DNA of 64,000 nucleotides from an uncultured Alphaproteobacteria bacterium (GTDB taxonomy: Bacteria; Pseudomonadota; Alphaproteobacteria; JAJFIK01). Both the position numbers and the translations under genes were made by a program. The stretch lies in the NCBI GenBank assembly GCA_964474635.1, contig CAYYTT010000006.1, positions 2,123 through 66,122 of the forward strand, read 5' to 3'. Each line of letters starts with the position of its first letter. The stretch's first letter is position 1. Shown piece by piece: positions 35,626-45,026 of this stretch. The notes below the pieces were generated by a model that worked only from the letters and a program-made list of their open reading frames with translations, searched no databases and was not told where the DNA came from.

Positions 35626-38600
35626 TCAGTCCTCGGCCGCACGCCCTGCGCGATCTTCCCAGGCCTCAAGCTCGCGCGCCACATAGCCCGGCGGCCGGGT
35701 GAAGGGGGCAAGCGCCTGGTAGAACACCGGCACCACGAACAGCGTGAGCAAAGTGGCAAAAGCCACGCCGGACACGATCACGATGCCAATGGTTATACGG
35801 CTCGCCGAGCCCGCGCCCGCCGCCACCACGAGCGGCACGGCCCCGAACGCCGTCGACAGGCCCGTCATGACGATGGGCCGGAAGCGGGTTTCGGCCGCCC
35901 GGCGTACGGCGTCCTTGATGGGCAGGCCCGCATCGCGCAGCTGGTTCGCAAACTCCACCACCAGGATGCCGTTCTTGGCCGCAAGGCCCACCAGAATGAC
36001 GATCCCGATCTGGCTGTAGATATTCAAGCTGCTGTCGATCATGAAGAGACCGTAGAGCCCGCCAGCGACCGCCACCGGAACCGTCAGCATAATGACGAAG
36101 GGGTGGATGAAGCTTTCAACCTGCGCCGCCAGCACCAGGAACACGATCAAAAGCGCCATGCCGAACGTGAAGGCGAGCGAGGAGCTTGATTGCTTGAACT
36201 CGCGGGACTGCCCCTTGTAATCGATCTGCGCGATGTCAGGCAGGGCCTCCCTGGCTGTGTCTTCAAGGAAGACCAGGGCCTCGCCCAGGGTCGTGCCCGG
36301 GGCCAGACTCGCGCTGATGGTCACGGCGCGCAGCCGGTTGTAACGGTTAAGCTGGGCCGGGTCGGCCACTTCCGTGAAGGACACGATGTTCGACAGGGGG
36401 ATCAAGGCGCCGCTGCGGCTGGAGCGCACAAAGATGTTCGTCAGGTCGTCGGGCCGGCGCTGGTCTTCCTCTTCCCCCTGAATGATGACGTCGTATTCCT
36501 CGCCGTCATACTGGTAGCTGGTCACCCGCCGGCCGCCAAGCATGGTCTCCAGCGCGCCGCCGATTTCAGACACTGAGACACCAAGATCGGAGGCCCGGTC
36601 GATATCAATCCGCACACGCAGTTGGGGCTGCGTCTCGCGCAAATCCGTGTCCACATTCACGAGACCAGGAAAGCCCGCGATCTCGTCAAGCATGATGTCC
36701 CGCCAGGCGGCCAGCTCGCCATAGTTCGATCCTCCGATGACGAACTGAACCTGCTGCCCGCGCGAGCCGCGGCCAAAGCCCTGGGACATGATGGGGATAA
36801 TGCGGGCATCGGGAATTTGGGACAGCTTGGCGCGCACTTCGGCCAGGATATCGAGACCATTGCGCTCGCGCACGTCCCACAAGGTCATGATGAAAATGCC
36901 GATACCGGTGTTGAACTCCTCGCCGCCGCCGAAATTGCCCGGCGTGCGCAGCAGGACGCGCTGGGCCTCGTTCGCCTCCACATACGGCAACAAGATCGCC
37001 TCGATCTTGCGCATGGTGCCCAGCGTGTTGGCAAAACTGCCACCCTCGGGCCCGCGGATCTGAATGAAAAAGGACCCCCGGTCCTCCGGCGGCGACAGCT
37101 CGCTCGGCACGACACGGAACAAGGCATAGGCCGCGCCAATGATCATCACAAGGAACACGCCCACAGCAGCCGGGCGCCGCAGCAGGGTTTCAAGCGAGCC
37201 GGTATAGGCCCGGGTCAGCCGGCCCATCACCGCGTTCACGGTCCTGGCGACCCCGGCCTGGGTGTCGCCGGGCACGAGCAGTTTGGAGCACAGCATGGCC
37301 GACAGGGTCAGGGCCACGAAGCTGGAAAACGCCACCGACGCGGCGACGGCCACCGCAAGCTCGCTAAAGAGCCGGCCGATATTGCCGGTCAGGAAGGCAA
37401 TGGGCAGGAAGACCGAAATCAACACAAGCGTCGTCGCAATCACCGCGAAGGCCACCTGACGCGCACCCCGGAAGGCCGCCACGAGACGCGGTTCCCCCAT
37501 ATCAACCCGGCGCTGAACATTTTCGAGCACGACAATGGAATCGTCGACCACAAGGCCAATGGACAGCACGAGCGCGAGCAAGGTGAGCAGATTGATCGAC
37601 AGCCCAAAAGCGGCCAGCACCATGAACGTGGCGATCAGGGACACCGGCACCGTTACGGCCGGAATGAGCGCGGCGCGCGCCGAGCCCAAAAACAGATAGA
37701 TCACAAGCACCACAAGCCCGATGGCAATGATCAGCGTGCGATAGACCTCGTTGACGGCGGTCTCCACAAAGACAGAACTGTCATAGCTGTCGTAGATCTC
37801 GGTGCCCTCGGGCAGATTCTCCCGGATCCGGGCGATTTCCGCCTTCGCTCCGCGCGCCACGTCAAGCGTGTTGGCCGTGGACTGGCGCACAATGCCCAGC
37901 CCCACCATGGGCTCGCCGTTCCCCTGGAAATCGCTGCGGGCCTCCTCGGCGCCGCGCTCCACCCGGGCCACGTCGCGCAGGCGGATCAGATAGCCGTCTT
38001 CACCTTCCGAAAGCACCAGATTGGCGAATTGGTCCGGCGAGGTGAAGGCGCGGTCGACCCGCACCGTGAACTGACGATCCGCGCTTTCGATCCGGCCGGC
38101 CGGCAGTTCCACATTCTCCGCGCGTAGGGCCGATTCCACATCGGCCACGGTCAGGTTGCGGGCGGCGAGACGCGCCCGGTCGATCCAGATGCGCATGGCA
38201 TAACGCTGCGCGCCGCCGACCTGCACCCGGGCCACGCCCTGCACCACGGACAGGCGGTCCACGATGAAGCGCTCGGCAAAATCGGTCAGTTCCAACCGGT
38301 TCATGGTCTGGGAGGCCAGGTTGAACCACATGATGGGCTGGGCGTCGGAGTCCACCTTCGCGACTTCCGGCGGATCGGCTTCCTCCGGCAATTCATCGAT
38401 CACCCGGGCGATGGCGCTGCGCACATCATTGGCGGCATTGTCAATGTTCCGTGCCAGGCTGAAGGTGATCGTGATCGTGGACAGGCCATCTCTGCTGACG
38501 GACTGGATCTCTTCGATGCCTTCGATGCCACTGATCCGGTCTTCGATCGCCTGGGTGATCCGTGTGTCGACAATATCGGCGGCGGCGCCGCGATACGTCG

Positions 38601-38745
38601 TACTGATGCCGACAATTGGCGGGTCGATGTCCGGCAACTCGCGCAAGGGCAGCGTCTGGAAAGACAGAACGCCAAGGGCGACGAGCAAAATGCTGCACAC
38701 GGTGGCGAAAACCGGCCGCTTGACCGAAACATCAGACAGAACCAT
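35626..38745 (-). CDS. RND efflux transporter permease (AcrB/HAE1 family)
   Basis: 1039-aa ORF. The N-terminus SDVSVKRPVFATVCSILLVALGVLSF...LPDIDPP is canonical, and the topology is typical 12-TM with 2 large loops. Confidence 0.95.
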   Translation of the reverse strand: MVLSDVSVKRPVFATVCSILLVALGVLSFQTLPLRELPDIDPPIVGISTTYRGAAADIVDTRITQAIEDRISGIEGIEEIQSVSRDGLSTITITFSLARNIDNAANDVRSAIARVIDELPEEADPPEVAKVDSDAQPIMWFNLASQTMNRLELTDFAERFIVDRLSVVQGVARVQVGGAQRYAMRIWIDRARLAARNLTVADVESALRAENVELPAGRIESADRQFTVRVDRAFTSPDQFANLVLSEGEDGYLIRLRDVARVERGAEEARSDFQGNGEPMVGLGIVRQSTANTLDVARGAKAEIARIRENLPEGTEIYDSYDSSVFVETAVNEVYRTLIIAIGLVVLVIYLFLGSARAALIPAVTVPVSLIATFMVLAAFGLSINLLTLLALVLSIGLVVDDSIVVLENVQRRVDMGEPRLVAAFRGARQVAFAVIATTLVLISVFLPIAFLTGNIGRLFSELAVAVAASVAFSSFVALTLSAMLCSKLLVPGDTQAGVARTVNAVMGRLTRAYTGSLETLLRRPAAVGVFLVMIIGAAYALFRVVPSELSPPEDRGSFFIQIRGPEGGSFANTLGTMRKIEAILLPYVEANEAQRVLLRTPGNFGGGEEFNTGIGIFIMTLWDVRERNGLDILAEVRAKLSQIPDARIIPIMSQGFGRGSRGQQVQFVIGGSNYGELAAWRDIMLDEIAGFPGLVNVDTDLRETQPQLRVRIDIDRASDLGVSVSEIGGALETMLGGRRVTSYQYDGEEYDVIIQGEEEDQRRPDDLTNIFVRSSRSGALIPLSNIVSFTEVADPAQLNRYNRLRAVTISASLAPGTTLGEALVFLEDTAREALPDIAQIDYKGQSREFKQSSSSLAFTFGMALLIVFLVLAAQVESFIHPFVIMLTVPVAVAGGLYGLFMIDSSLNIYSQIGIVILVGLAAKNGILVVEFANQLRDAGLPIKDAVRRAAETRFRPIVMTGLSTAFGAVPLVVAAGAGSASRITIGIVIVSGVAFATLLTLFVVPVFYQALAPFTRPPGYVARELEAWEDRAGRAAED

Positions 38746-38778
38746 GACGGCTCCCCTCTCCCAAAAAACGTGGCACCC

Positions 38779-38857
38779 GGCGCTTACCGGATACGTGCCT
38801 TATCGGACCGGCACCTTGTCGTACCAGTGCCTTGCCGGACCAGTGCCTTACCGGATC
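38779..38857. repeat. degenerate 16-bp tandem repeat, about 5 copies, in the MFP-RND spacer
   Basis: ggcgcttaccggata cgtgccttatcggacc ggcaccttgtcgtacc agtgccttgccggacc agtgccttaccggatc. The last copy overlaps the MFP stop codon. Confidence 0.7.
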
Positions 38858-39992
38858 AGCGGCTGGCGGCGGCCGGGCTCGAGGCGCCCGCAACGGCGCC
38901 GGCACTGTTTGCTTCGCCGGTTTCGTTTGCGTCAGACGTCTGCACCACCACGGCGCCGCCGGCGCGGACCCGACTGGTGCCGGCCACCACAATTTCATCG
39001 CCGGGTTCAAGCCCTGAGAGCACTTCCACCGTACCCACCCGGCGCGTGCCGGTTTCGATCTGGACCCGCTCCACGCGTTCGCCGTCGACAAGTTTGAAGA
39101 CAAACACGCGCGTATCGAGGGGCACGATGGCCGTCTCGGGCACCATCAGGGAACGGCGCCGGTTCTTGATGATCTCCACCCGCAGCAACATGCCCGGGCG
39201 CAGGCGCAGATCGTCATTTGGAATCAGGGCACGGACGATCACCGCCCGGGTCTCCGGATCGATCCGTGTATCCACCGCGGTGATTTGGCCCTCGAAGGCC
39301 TCCCCGTCATAGGCGTCGCTTTTTGCCTGGATGGTCAGGCCCTGGCGCACGGCCGTGAAAAACGTCTCGGGCACGGAAAAATCGAGCTTGATCGGATTGA
39401 TATCATCGAGCGTGGTGATCACGGTGCCAGGCTCAACGAGGGTTCCCGGGCTCACGGAGCGCAGGCCGAGTTGACCATCGAAGGGCGCGCGCACCAGACG
39501 ATCGGCGAGCCGTGCCTCGATGGCCCGCACCCGGGCGCGGGCGGAATTGCGGTTGGCGATGGCGGTGTCGAGCCCGGCGCGGGTGCCAAAGCCCCGATTG
39601 ACCCCGTCCTGGGCGCGTTCGAACTGCTGTTCGGCCTCCAGGAGGGAGGCGCGGGCCTCTTCAAGTTCGGCGGCCTCTTGCGTGTCGGTGAGTTCAACGA
39701 GAATATCGCCGGCCTCGACGACCTGGCCGTCCTCGAATGTGGTCCTGCGGACGGTCTCGGTCACCTGGGCGGTGATGGTCACGGACTCATTGGCCCGGGC
39801 CGTGCCCAGTGCCTCAATGCGGTCAAAAAACTCGCCCTCGACCACCTTTGCGGTGCGCACCGGCACGGGACCCTGGCGGCGCGCGGCGCCCGTGCTCGTC
39901 TCCTCAAGGAACCGCAAGGCCGCCAGACCGCCGGCAACGGCCAACACCGCAAGAACGACCAAGAGGAAGAGGTTGCGGTTGGGCTGGGCCAT
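38856..39992 (-). CDS. RND efflux periplasmic adaptor (membrane fusion protein)
   Basis: Start trimmed to MAQPNRNLFLLVVLAVLAVAGGLAAL (TM anchor). A coiled-coil hairpin region, beta-barrel motifs, and its position upstream of the RND pump support the call. Confidence 0.9.
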   Translation of the reverse strand: MAQPNRNLFLLVVLAVLAVAGGLAALRFLEETSTGAARRQGPVPVRTAKVVEGEFFDRIEALGTARANESVTITAQVTETVRRTTFEDGQVVEAGDILVELTDTQEAAELEEARASLLEAEQQFERAQDGVNRGFGTRAGLDTAIANRNSARARVRAIEARLADRLVRAPFDGQLGLRSVSPGTLVEPGTVITTLDDINPIKLDFSVPETFFTAVRQGLTIQAKSDAYDGEAFEGQITAVDTRIDPETRAVIVRALIPNDDLRLRPGMLLRVEIIKNRRRSLMVPETAIVPLDTRVFVFKLVDGERVERVQIETGTRRVGTVEVLSGLEPGDEIVVAGTSRVRAGGAVVVQTSDANETGEANSAGAVAGASSPAAASR

Positions 39993-40176
39993 CGGAGATC
40001 CTTTCACAGCGCGCCTGCCGGCACCCATCGCGCCGGATATTTGGGGTAGAGTGTTGTCGAGAGTGGACACGGGCCAACTAAACCGGACTTCCAGGTGGAT
40101 GGAAGCGCCATCTGTCCTCAACACATAGTGTCGCGGATCGCCGCGCCCACGCAATGTTTCCGCCCCGGCGCCCCTT

Positions 40177-40271
40177 GGAGTGTTGGCCGATCTTGGGAGT
40201 GTTGGCCGATCTTGGGAGTGTTGGCCGATCTGGGGAGTGTTGACCGATCTGGGGAGTGTTGACCGATCTGG
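40177..40271. repeat. 19-bp perfect-register tandem direct repeat, 5 copies
   Basis: GGAGTGTTGGCCGATCTTG x2, GGAGTGTTGGCCGATCTGG x1, GGAGTGTTGACCGATCTGG x2. It sits in the 460-bp divergent intergenic region between the efflux operon and bphP. Confidence 0.9.
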
Positions 40272-40451
40272 CCGTGGCGCGTTTTCGTTGTCCGTAGGTA
40301 AATGCGTTTACTCTATCGCCTTTAAGTGGGGAACGATTACCTCTGCGTGAGACAAGGTGCATCAGCAGGCATCTTTGTCCTCAAACCGTTGGACGCCCTG
40401 GTGCAGCGATCCAATACCGAGCGCCTGCCGCCCGATGATAAAGGAAGCTGA

Positions 40452-42761
40452 ATGTCGTCCGCTCCCCTGTCCTTTGCGACCTGCGACCGCGAACCCATCC
40501 ACTTGATTGGGGGTGTGCAGCCCCATGGCGCGCTGATCGCCTATGACGGCTTGAGTGAACAGATCACCCATGCCAGTGCGAATTGCGCCGCCATTCTCGG
40601 CCACGGCGCGTCCGACCTGATCGGCAAACCGATTGAAACCCTGCTGGGAAAGCGTCAAATCGAGGCGTTCGCGAACCTCATTCTCGATCCCATGGAACCG
40701 GACGTGTTTCGGCCCTTCCCGTGCGACGTGATTCAATCTCGCGGAAAGCCCCGGAAGTTCCATTCAATTGCCCATGAAAGCCGTGGGCGGACCCTTGTCG
40801 AATTCTTCAAAATGGAGGGCGAGGACGACGGTGCCGTGGTGCGCACGCGCCGGCGCCATGACGTCATCGACAGCATCCGAGACCAGACGACCCTTGCGGA
40901 CCTGTGCAACGCGGTCACCCACTCACTCAGATCGCTCACCGGTTTTGATCGGGTGATGATTTACAAGTTCGATCAGGATCAGCATGGGGAAGTTATCGCC
41001 GAGGCTACGGATCTTGAGGACCGCTTTTTGCATCTCCACTATCCGGCAAGCGACATCCCGGCCCAGGCCCGCGCGGCGTATTTGAAAAATCTCAGCCGGT
41101 CCATTTCGAATGTGGATGCCGAGCCTGTGCCCATCGAGCCGCTCTGCGATGCCGAGAGCACGGCCCCCCTCGATCTAACCTTCGCAAAACTGCGCGCGGT
41201 GTCGCCCATCCACCTCGAATATCTGCGGAATATGGGCGTGGCCGCCAGCATGTCGGTGTCCATTCTCGTTGATAATGCGCTCTGGGGTCTGATTGCCTGC
41301 CACCATTCGACCCCCCTCTACATTCCCTCCGACGTGCTCATGTTTAGCGAGATCGTGGGCAAGATGCTCGGCGCGCAAATCGAGCAGATCGCAATCAAGG
41401 ATCGGCTGCAACGCCTGATCTCCATGCAGACGATCATCGATGACGTGAGCGGCCTGTCCGAACAATCCTCGCTCCATGAACGCATGGTGCAACAAAGCGA
41501 AGCCATCTGCGCGCTGCTGAATGCCGATGGGCTGGTCGGCAGCCTGGGCAACACCCGGATCGCCCACAACGCGCCGGAGGACATCTGTGTCAATGTGGGC
41601 GCCTTCGAGCGCCATGACCACAAACATGCCATAGCCCTCGACCATCTGGACGAGGAGGTTGTGCGTCCTGAGGATGCGCAGGAGCGGTGCCACGGCGGCA
41701 TCTATCTTCCCTTCAACAGTGATCCGTTTGCGCCCCATACGAACACAACACCGGACCATGTCTTTATTTTCCGGGATGCCCAGGACGCTGTCATCCGGTG
41801 GGCAGGACGGCCAGATGCCAAACAGGTTGTCACGAAGGCCGACGGCAGTCAGCGTCTCGGGCCCCGCAATTCCTTTGCGGAATGGCGGGAAAGCATCCAT
41901 GGGCGCTGCCGGTCATTCACCCGGGACGATGTCAACCTGGCCGAATCTCTGCGGGTGGCCTTGGCCACGACGCGAACCCAGGAACGCGAATATGAATCGA
42001 AACGCGCCATGGAGGTCGTTGCCAACCAGCGTGATCGCCTGCGCCAGCAGTTGGAGAGCGGCGCGCGCCTCATGTCCATGGCGGAAATGGCCAGTTCAAT
42101 CAGCCATGAGCTCAATCAACCACTGACGGCCCTCATCAACTACGCCGAAACCTGCCGGCTGGTTCTGGAAACGGCGAATACAGAGGATTTCCGCGAAACG
42201 GCACTCAGCCTCGCCGGAGACATCAGCGAACAGGCCAACCGCGCGGGCGAGATGGTCCACCGTTTGCGCGCGCTGGTGAAACGGCGCCCCTCCGATTATG
42301 TGCCGCTTGATCTGGTTGGCCTGCTGAGAGAACACGTGTTGCTGTCCGTCCCCTTGAAACGCATGGACAATATTGCCGTGTCCTGGTCCATCCCGGACGC
42401 GTTGCCGACCGTAAAGGGCGATAAACTGCAACTCTCTCAGGTGATCTTCAATTTGGTGCGCAACGCCTGCGAAGCGATGGCGGAGGTTGACGATCAGCGG
42501 CTCGGCATCTCAATAACGATTGACGAGCCAGACGCGGTGGCCATCACCATCGAGGACAATGGAACCGGGTTTCCCGACAGCTATATGGAAAACTCGTTTC
42601 AGCCGTTCCACACAACGAAACAAGAAGGTATGGGTCTTGGCCTCACGGTGAGCCGCTCCATTGTGGAGGCCCATGGCGGAACGCTGTTCGTCAAACAGTC
42701 TCGTCAGCCCACGCGCATTTGCTTCACGCTTCCAAGCTGCAAGGTCAAGAAAAGCAAATGA
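40452..42761 (+). CDS. bphP: bacteriophytochrome sensor histidine kinase
   Basis: N-terminal ATCDREPIHLIGGVQPHGAL (biliverdin-Cys + PAS), GAF motif HYPASDIPAQARAAY (PASDIP), PHY region, H-box SISHELNQPLTAL, and HATPase G-boxes DNGTGF / GMGLGL. Confidence 0.9.
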   Translation: MSSAPLSFATCDREPIHLIGGVQPHGALIAYDGLSEQITHASANCAAILGHGASDLIGKPIETLLGKRQIEAFANLILDPMEPDVFRPFPCDVIQSRGKPRKFHSIAHESRGRTLVEFFKMEGEDDGAVVRTRRRHDVIDSIRDQTTLADLCNAVTHSLRSLTGFDRVMIYKFDQDQHGEVIAEATDLEDRFLHLHYPASDIPAQARAAYLKNLSRSISNVDAEPVPIEPLCDAESTAPLDLTFAKLRAVSPIHLEYLRNMGVAASMSVSILVDNALWGLIACHHSTPLYIPSDVLMFSEIVGKMLGAQIEQIAIKDRLQRLISMQTIIDDVSGLSEQSSLHERMVQQSEAICALLNADGLVGSLGNTRIAHNAPEDICVNVGAFERHDHKHAIALDHLDEEVVRPEDAQERCHGGIYLPFNSDPFAPHTNTTPDHVFIFRDAQDAVIRWAGRPDAKQVVTKADGSQRLGPRNSFAEWRESIHGRCRSFTRDDVNLAESLRVALATTRTQEREYESKRAMEVVANQRDRLRQQLESGARLMSMAEMASSISHELNQPLTALINYAETCRLVLETANTEDFRETALSLAGDISEQANRAGEMVHRLRALVKRRPSDYVPLDLVGLLREHVLLSVPLKRMDNIAVSWSIPDALPTVKGDKLQLSQVIFNLVRNACEAMAEVDDQRLGISITIDEPDAVAITIEDNGTGFPDSYMENSFQPFHTTKQEGMGLGLTVSRSIVEAHGGTLFVKQSRQPTRICFTLPSCKVKKSK

Positions 42762-43138
42762 AGATCAGTTTTCCCATCGCCATCGTCGACGACGATGATG
42801 CGGTGCGTCAGTCGCTCGAAACGATGCTTCGTGCCTTTGGCAATACGGTCACATCGTATCGTTCAGGCCCTGCCTTTCTGTCAAAGCAGATGGGACAAGA
42901 CCTGATATGTGTCATGCTCGACCTGCGCATGCCGGGCATGAGTGGCCACGGTGTTTTGGAGTGCATCCGCCGATTTGACCGTCCGGTTCCAGTCATCGTC
43001 ATGACCGCCCACGGATCGAAGGAATCCCATAGCACCATTCTAAATGACAGCATCGTGGATCTTCTCGAAAAACCGTTTGGACCCACCCGCCTGTTCGAAG
43101 CGCTCCGAAAGGCGGATATGCTGCTGCGCCTGTCTTGA
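42758..43138 (+). CDS. single-domain response regulator (receiver only)
   Basis: ATGA overlap with the bphP stop. Acidic pocket IVDDDD, phospho-acceptor VMLDLRMPGMSG, and LLEKPF Lys. Confidence 0.85.
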   Translation: MKISFPIAIVDDDDAVRQSLETMLRAFGNTVTSYRSGPAFLSKQMGQDLICVMLDLRMPGMSGHGVLECIRRFDRPVPVIVMTAHGSKESHSTILNDSIVDLLEKPFGPTRLFEALRKADMLLRLS

Positions 43139-43198
43139 GACGGAGAAAAAAAGCGGCGACTTGTACCAGCGGCGCCCAAGGCCGCAACCGCGGCCCAG

Positions 43199-43225
43199 CG
43201 CCACTGCGCCCCCCCCCAGTGGCGC
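43199..43225. terminator. GC-rich hairpin in the convergent intergenic region (possible terminator)
   Basis: GCGCCACTG-cgccccccc-CAGTGGCGC is a perfect 9-bp stem. A second hairpin TGAGCGC...GCGCTCA follows. There is no clean U-tract. Confidence 0.35.
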
Positions 43226-43280
43226 GTGAGCGCAAAAAATACACCGCGCTCAGTTTGCCCCGGATGTCTCGCCCGCTGAT

Positions 43281-43994
43281 TTAGCGCACGGTCAGGGCAC
43301 GGATGACAAATTGGGACAGGGTCTTGCCCATGCGGCGGCGCCCCTCATCATCGCGGGCGATGGCCTTTGAGGTCTGGTGCATCATCCCCATGATAGCAAA
43401 ACCCACCACTTCCCAATCATAGTCCGTCCACACCTTTCCCGTGTCGGCAAAGGAGGCCAGATCCTCCGCCCAGAACCGGGCCCAGCGCGCCATGAGCATG
43501 TCGGACTGGTCGGTGGTCCGGTCGATGATCCCCGGATCGCTGAGCGCGGCGGCGAGCACGCCGGGGTTGGCACGATTGTAGTCGATCACCGTCTCGATCA
43601 CGGTGGTGACCCGGTCCTCAAGGCGCTCCTGTCCCTGGAGGCGGGCCTTGATCATCGTGTCCACTTCACCGCTGGCCTCGTCTACAAAGGCGAAGAAGCA
43701 GGCCCGTTTATCCGGGAAGTGCAGATAAAACGTTCCGTGTCCCAATTGAGCGGCCTTAGCCACATCCTGGGGCCGGGTGTTGTGATAGCCCCGATCGACA
43801 AAAAGGTCGCGCGCGGCCGCGAGCAGGCGCTGCCGGCTGTCCTGGCGCCGCTTGGCAGAGCGCGCGCCCCTGCCCGAACCCAGGCTTGAGCCCTGCGCCT
43901 CGCCATCGGCCGCATCGGCGGCCGCATCGGCTGGTCCGGATGCGGCCCCTTCGCAGCGGTCGCACCCGGTCTGGGACGGGGGTTTTTGTGTCAT
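43281..43994 (-). CDS. TetR/AcrR family transcriptional regulator
   Basis: HTH region RLLAAARDLFVDRGYHNTRPQDVAKAAQLGHGTFYLHFPDK. Confidence 0.9.
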   Translation of the reverse strand: MTQKPPSQTGCDRCEGAASGPADAAADAADGEAQGSSLGSGRGARSAKRRQDSRQRLLAAARDLFVDRGYHNTRPQDVAKAAQLGHGTFYLHFPDKRACFFAFVDEASGEVDTMIKARLQGQERLEDRVTTVIETVIDYNRANPGVLAAALSDPGIIDRTTDQSDMLMARWARFWAEDLASFADTGKVWTDYDWEVVGFAIMGMMHQTSKAIARDDEGRRRMGKTLSQFVIRALTVR

Positions 43995-44062
43995 GGCTTA
44001 GGGTCTCGCCCGGCGCCGGCCGTCGCTTGGGGACGGTGCAGTGGACGGACCAACCGGCTGCC

Positions 44063-44845
44063 TCACGTCCGGAAGCCGGGATCCACGCGATCCAGCTTGC
44101 GCATCAGGGCCGGCCAGGCCAGATCGCCGGCAGGGCCCGTGAACAGCGGCGTGGATTGGGACGCGGTGCGCTCGGGCACACCGTCACCGGGGTGAACCCA
44201 GGCGTGCCCGCCCGCAAGGGCCCTCACCTGCATGGAACAGGCCCGTTCCAGATAATACATGGCCATAAAGGCATCGGCGCAGGACCGCCCCACCGCAAGC
44301 GTGCCGTGATTGCGCAGGATCATCACGGGGTTGTCGCCCAAATCGCGGGCCAGGCGCTCCTGTTCATCAAGATCGAGCGCAACGCCTTCATAATCGTGGT
44401 AGCCCACCCGCCCGAAAAGGGACATGGCGTGCTGGGACATCGGCAGCAGACCGTGCTGCTGCGCGGAGACCGCCACCCCATCATCCGTGTGGGTATGGAT
44501 CACGCAGCCCACATCGGGTCGGGCGGCGTGGATGGCGCTGTGGATTACGAAACCAGCCCGGTTCACCGAATAATTGGTCGGCTCCACCACGGCACCGTCA
44601 TGGTCCACCTTCACCAGGGACGAGGCCGTGATTTCATCGAAGGTCATGCCATAGGGATTGATGAAAAAATGCTGGTCCGCCCCCGGCACACGGGCTGAGA
44701 TATGGGTGAAAATCATGTCGTCCCAGCCATGGAGCGCGATCAGGCGGTACGTCGCGGCGAGATCCACCCGCATGGCCCACTCTTCCGGCGGCACAGTCTC
44801 CGGACGATGGGTGTTCTGGGCAAAGGATGTGGGGGCTGTCGCCAT
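44063..44845 (-). CDS. class II aldolase/adducin-family protein
   Basis: 260-aa ORF. GFVIHSAIHAARPDVGCVIHTHT and ILRNHGTLAVG are the family metal-binding His motifs. Confidence 0.85.
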   Translation of the reverse strand: MATAPTSFAQNTHRPETVPPEEWAMRVDLAATYRLIALHGWDDMIFTHISARVPGADQHFFINPYGMTFDEITASSLVKVDHDGAVVEPTNYSVNRAGFVIHSAIHAARPDVGCVIHTHTDDGVAVSAQQHGLLPMSQHAMSLFGRVGYHDYEGVALDLDEQERLARDLGDNPVMILRNHGTLAVGRSCADAFMAMYYLERACSMQVRALAGGHAWVHPGDGVPERTASQSTPLFTGPAGDLAWPALMRKLDRVDPGFRT

Positions 44846-45026
44846 GGCGGTCTCTCTCCGGATTTTTATGGGTTCTTGGCAGTCTCGGCCGTGCCGCGCA
44901 TCCGCTGGCGCCGCCGCCCACGAAGGTGCCGCGCCGCGCTTTCGATGGGCATTGTGCCGCAGTCCGACAGAGTGCGCAGAGCATCAAACGCTGTCAAATG
45001 GCCGGATCTGGAGCGTGGCCAGGCGA

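Noticed and set aside
36622-38127. 501-aa plus-strand ORF
   Set aside because: It is antisense to the RND permease.
40177-40271. Possible CRISPR array
   Set aside because: The units are contiguous with no spacers, are only 19 bp long, and no cas genes are present. It is a simple tandem repeat.
40078-40763. Minus-strand ORFs 40078-40362 and 40362-40763
   Set aside because: The first is just the 19-bp repeat translated (repeating ...NTPKIGQHS...). The second is antisense to the bphP 5' end.
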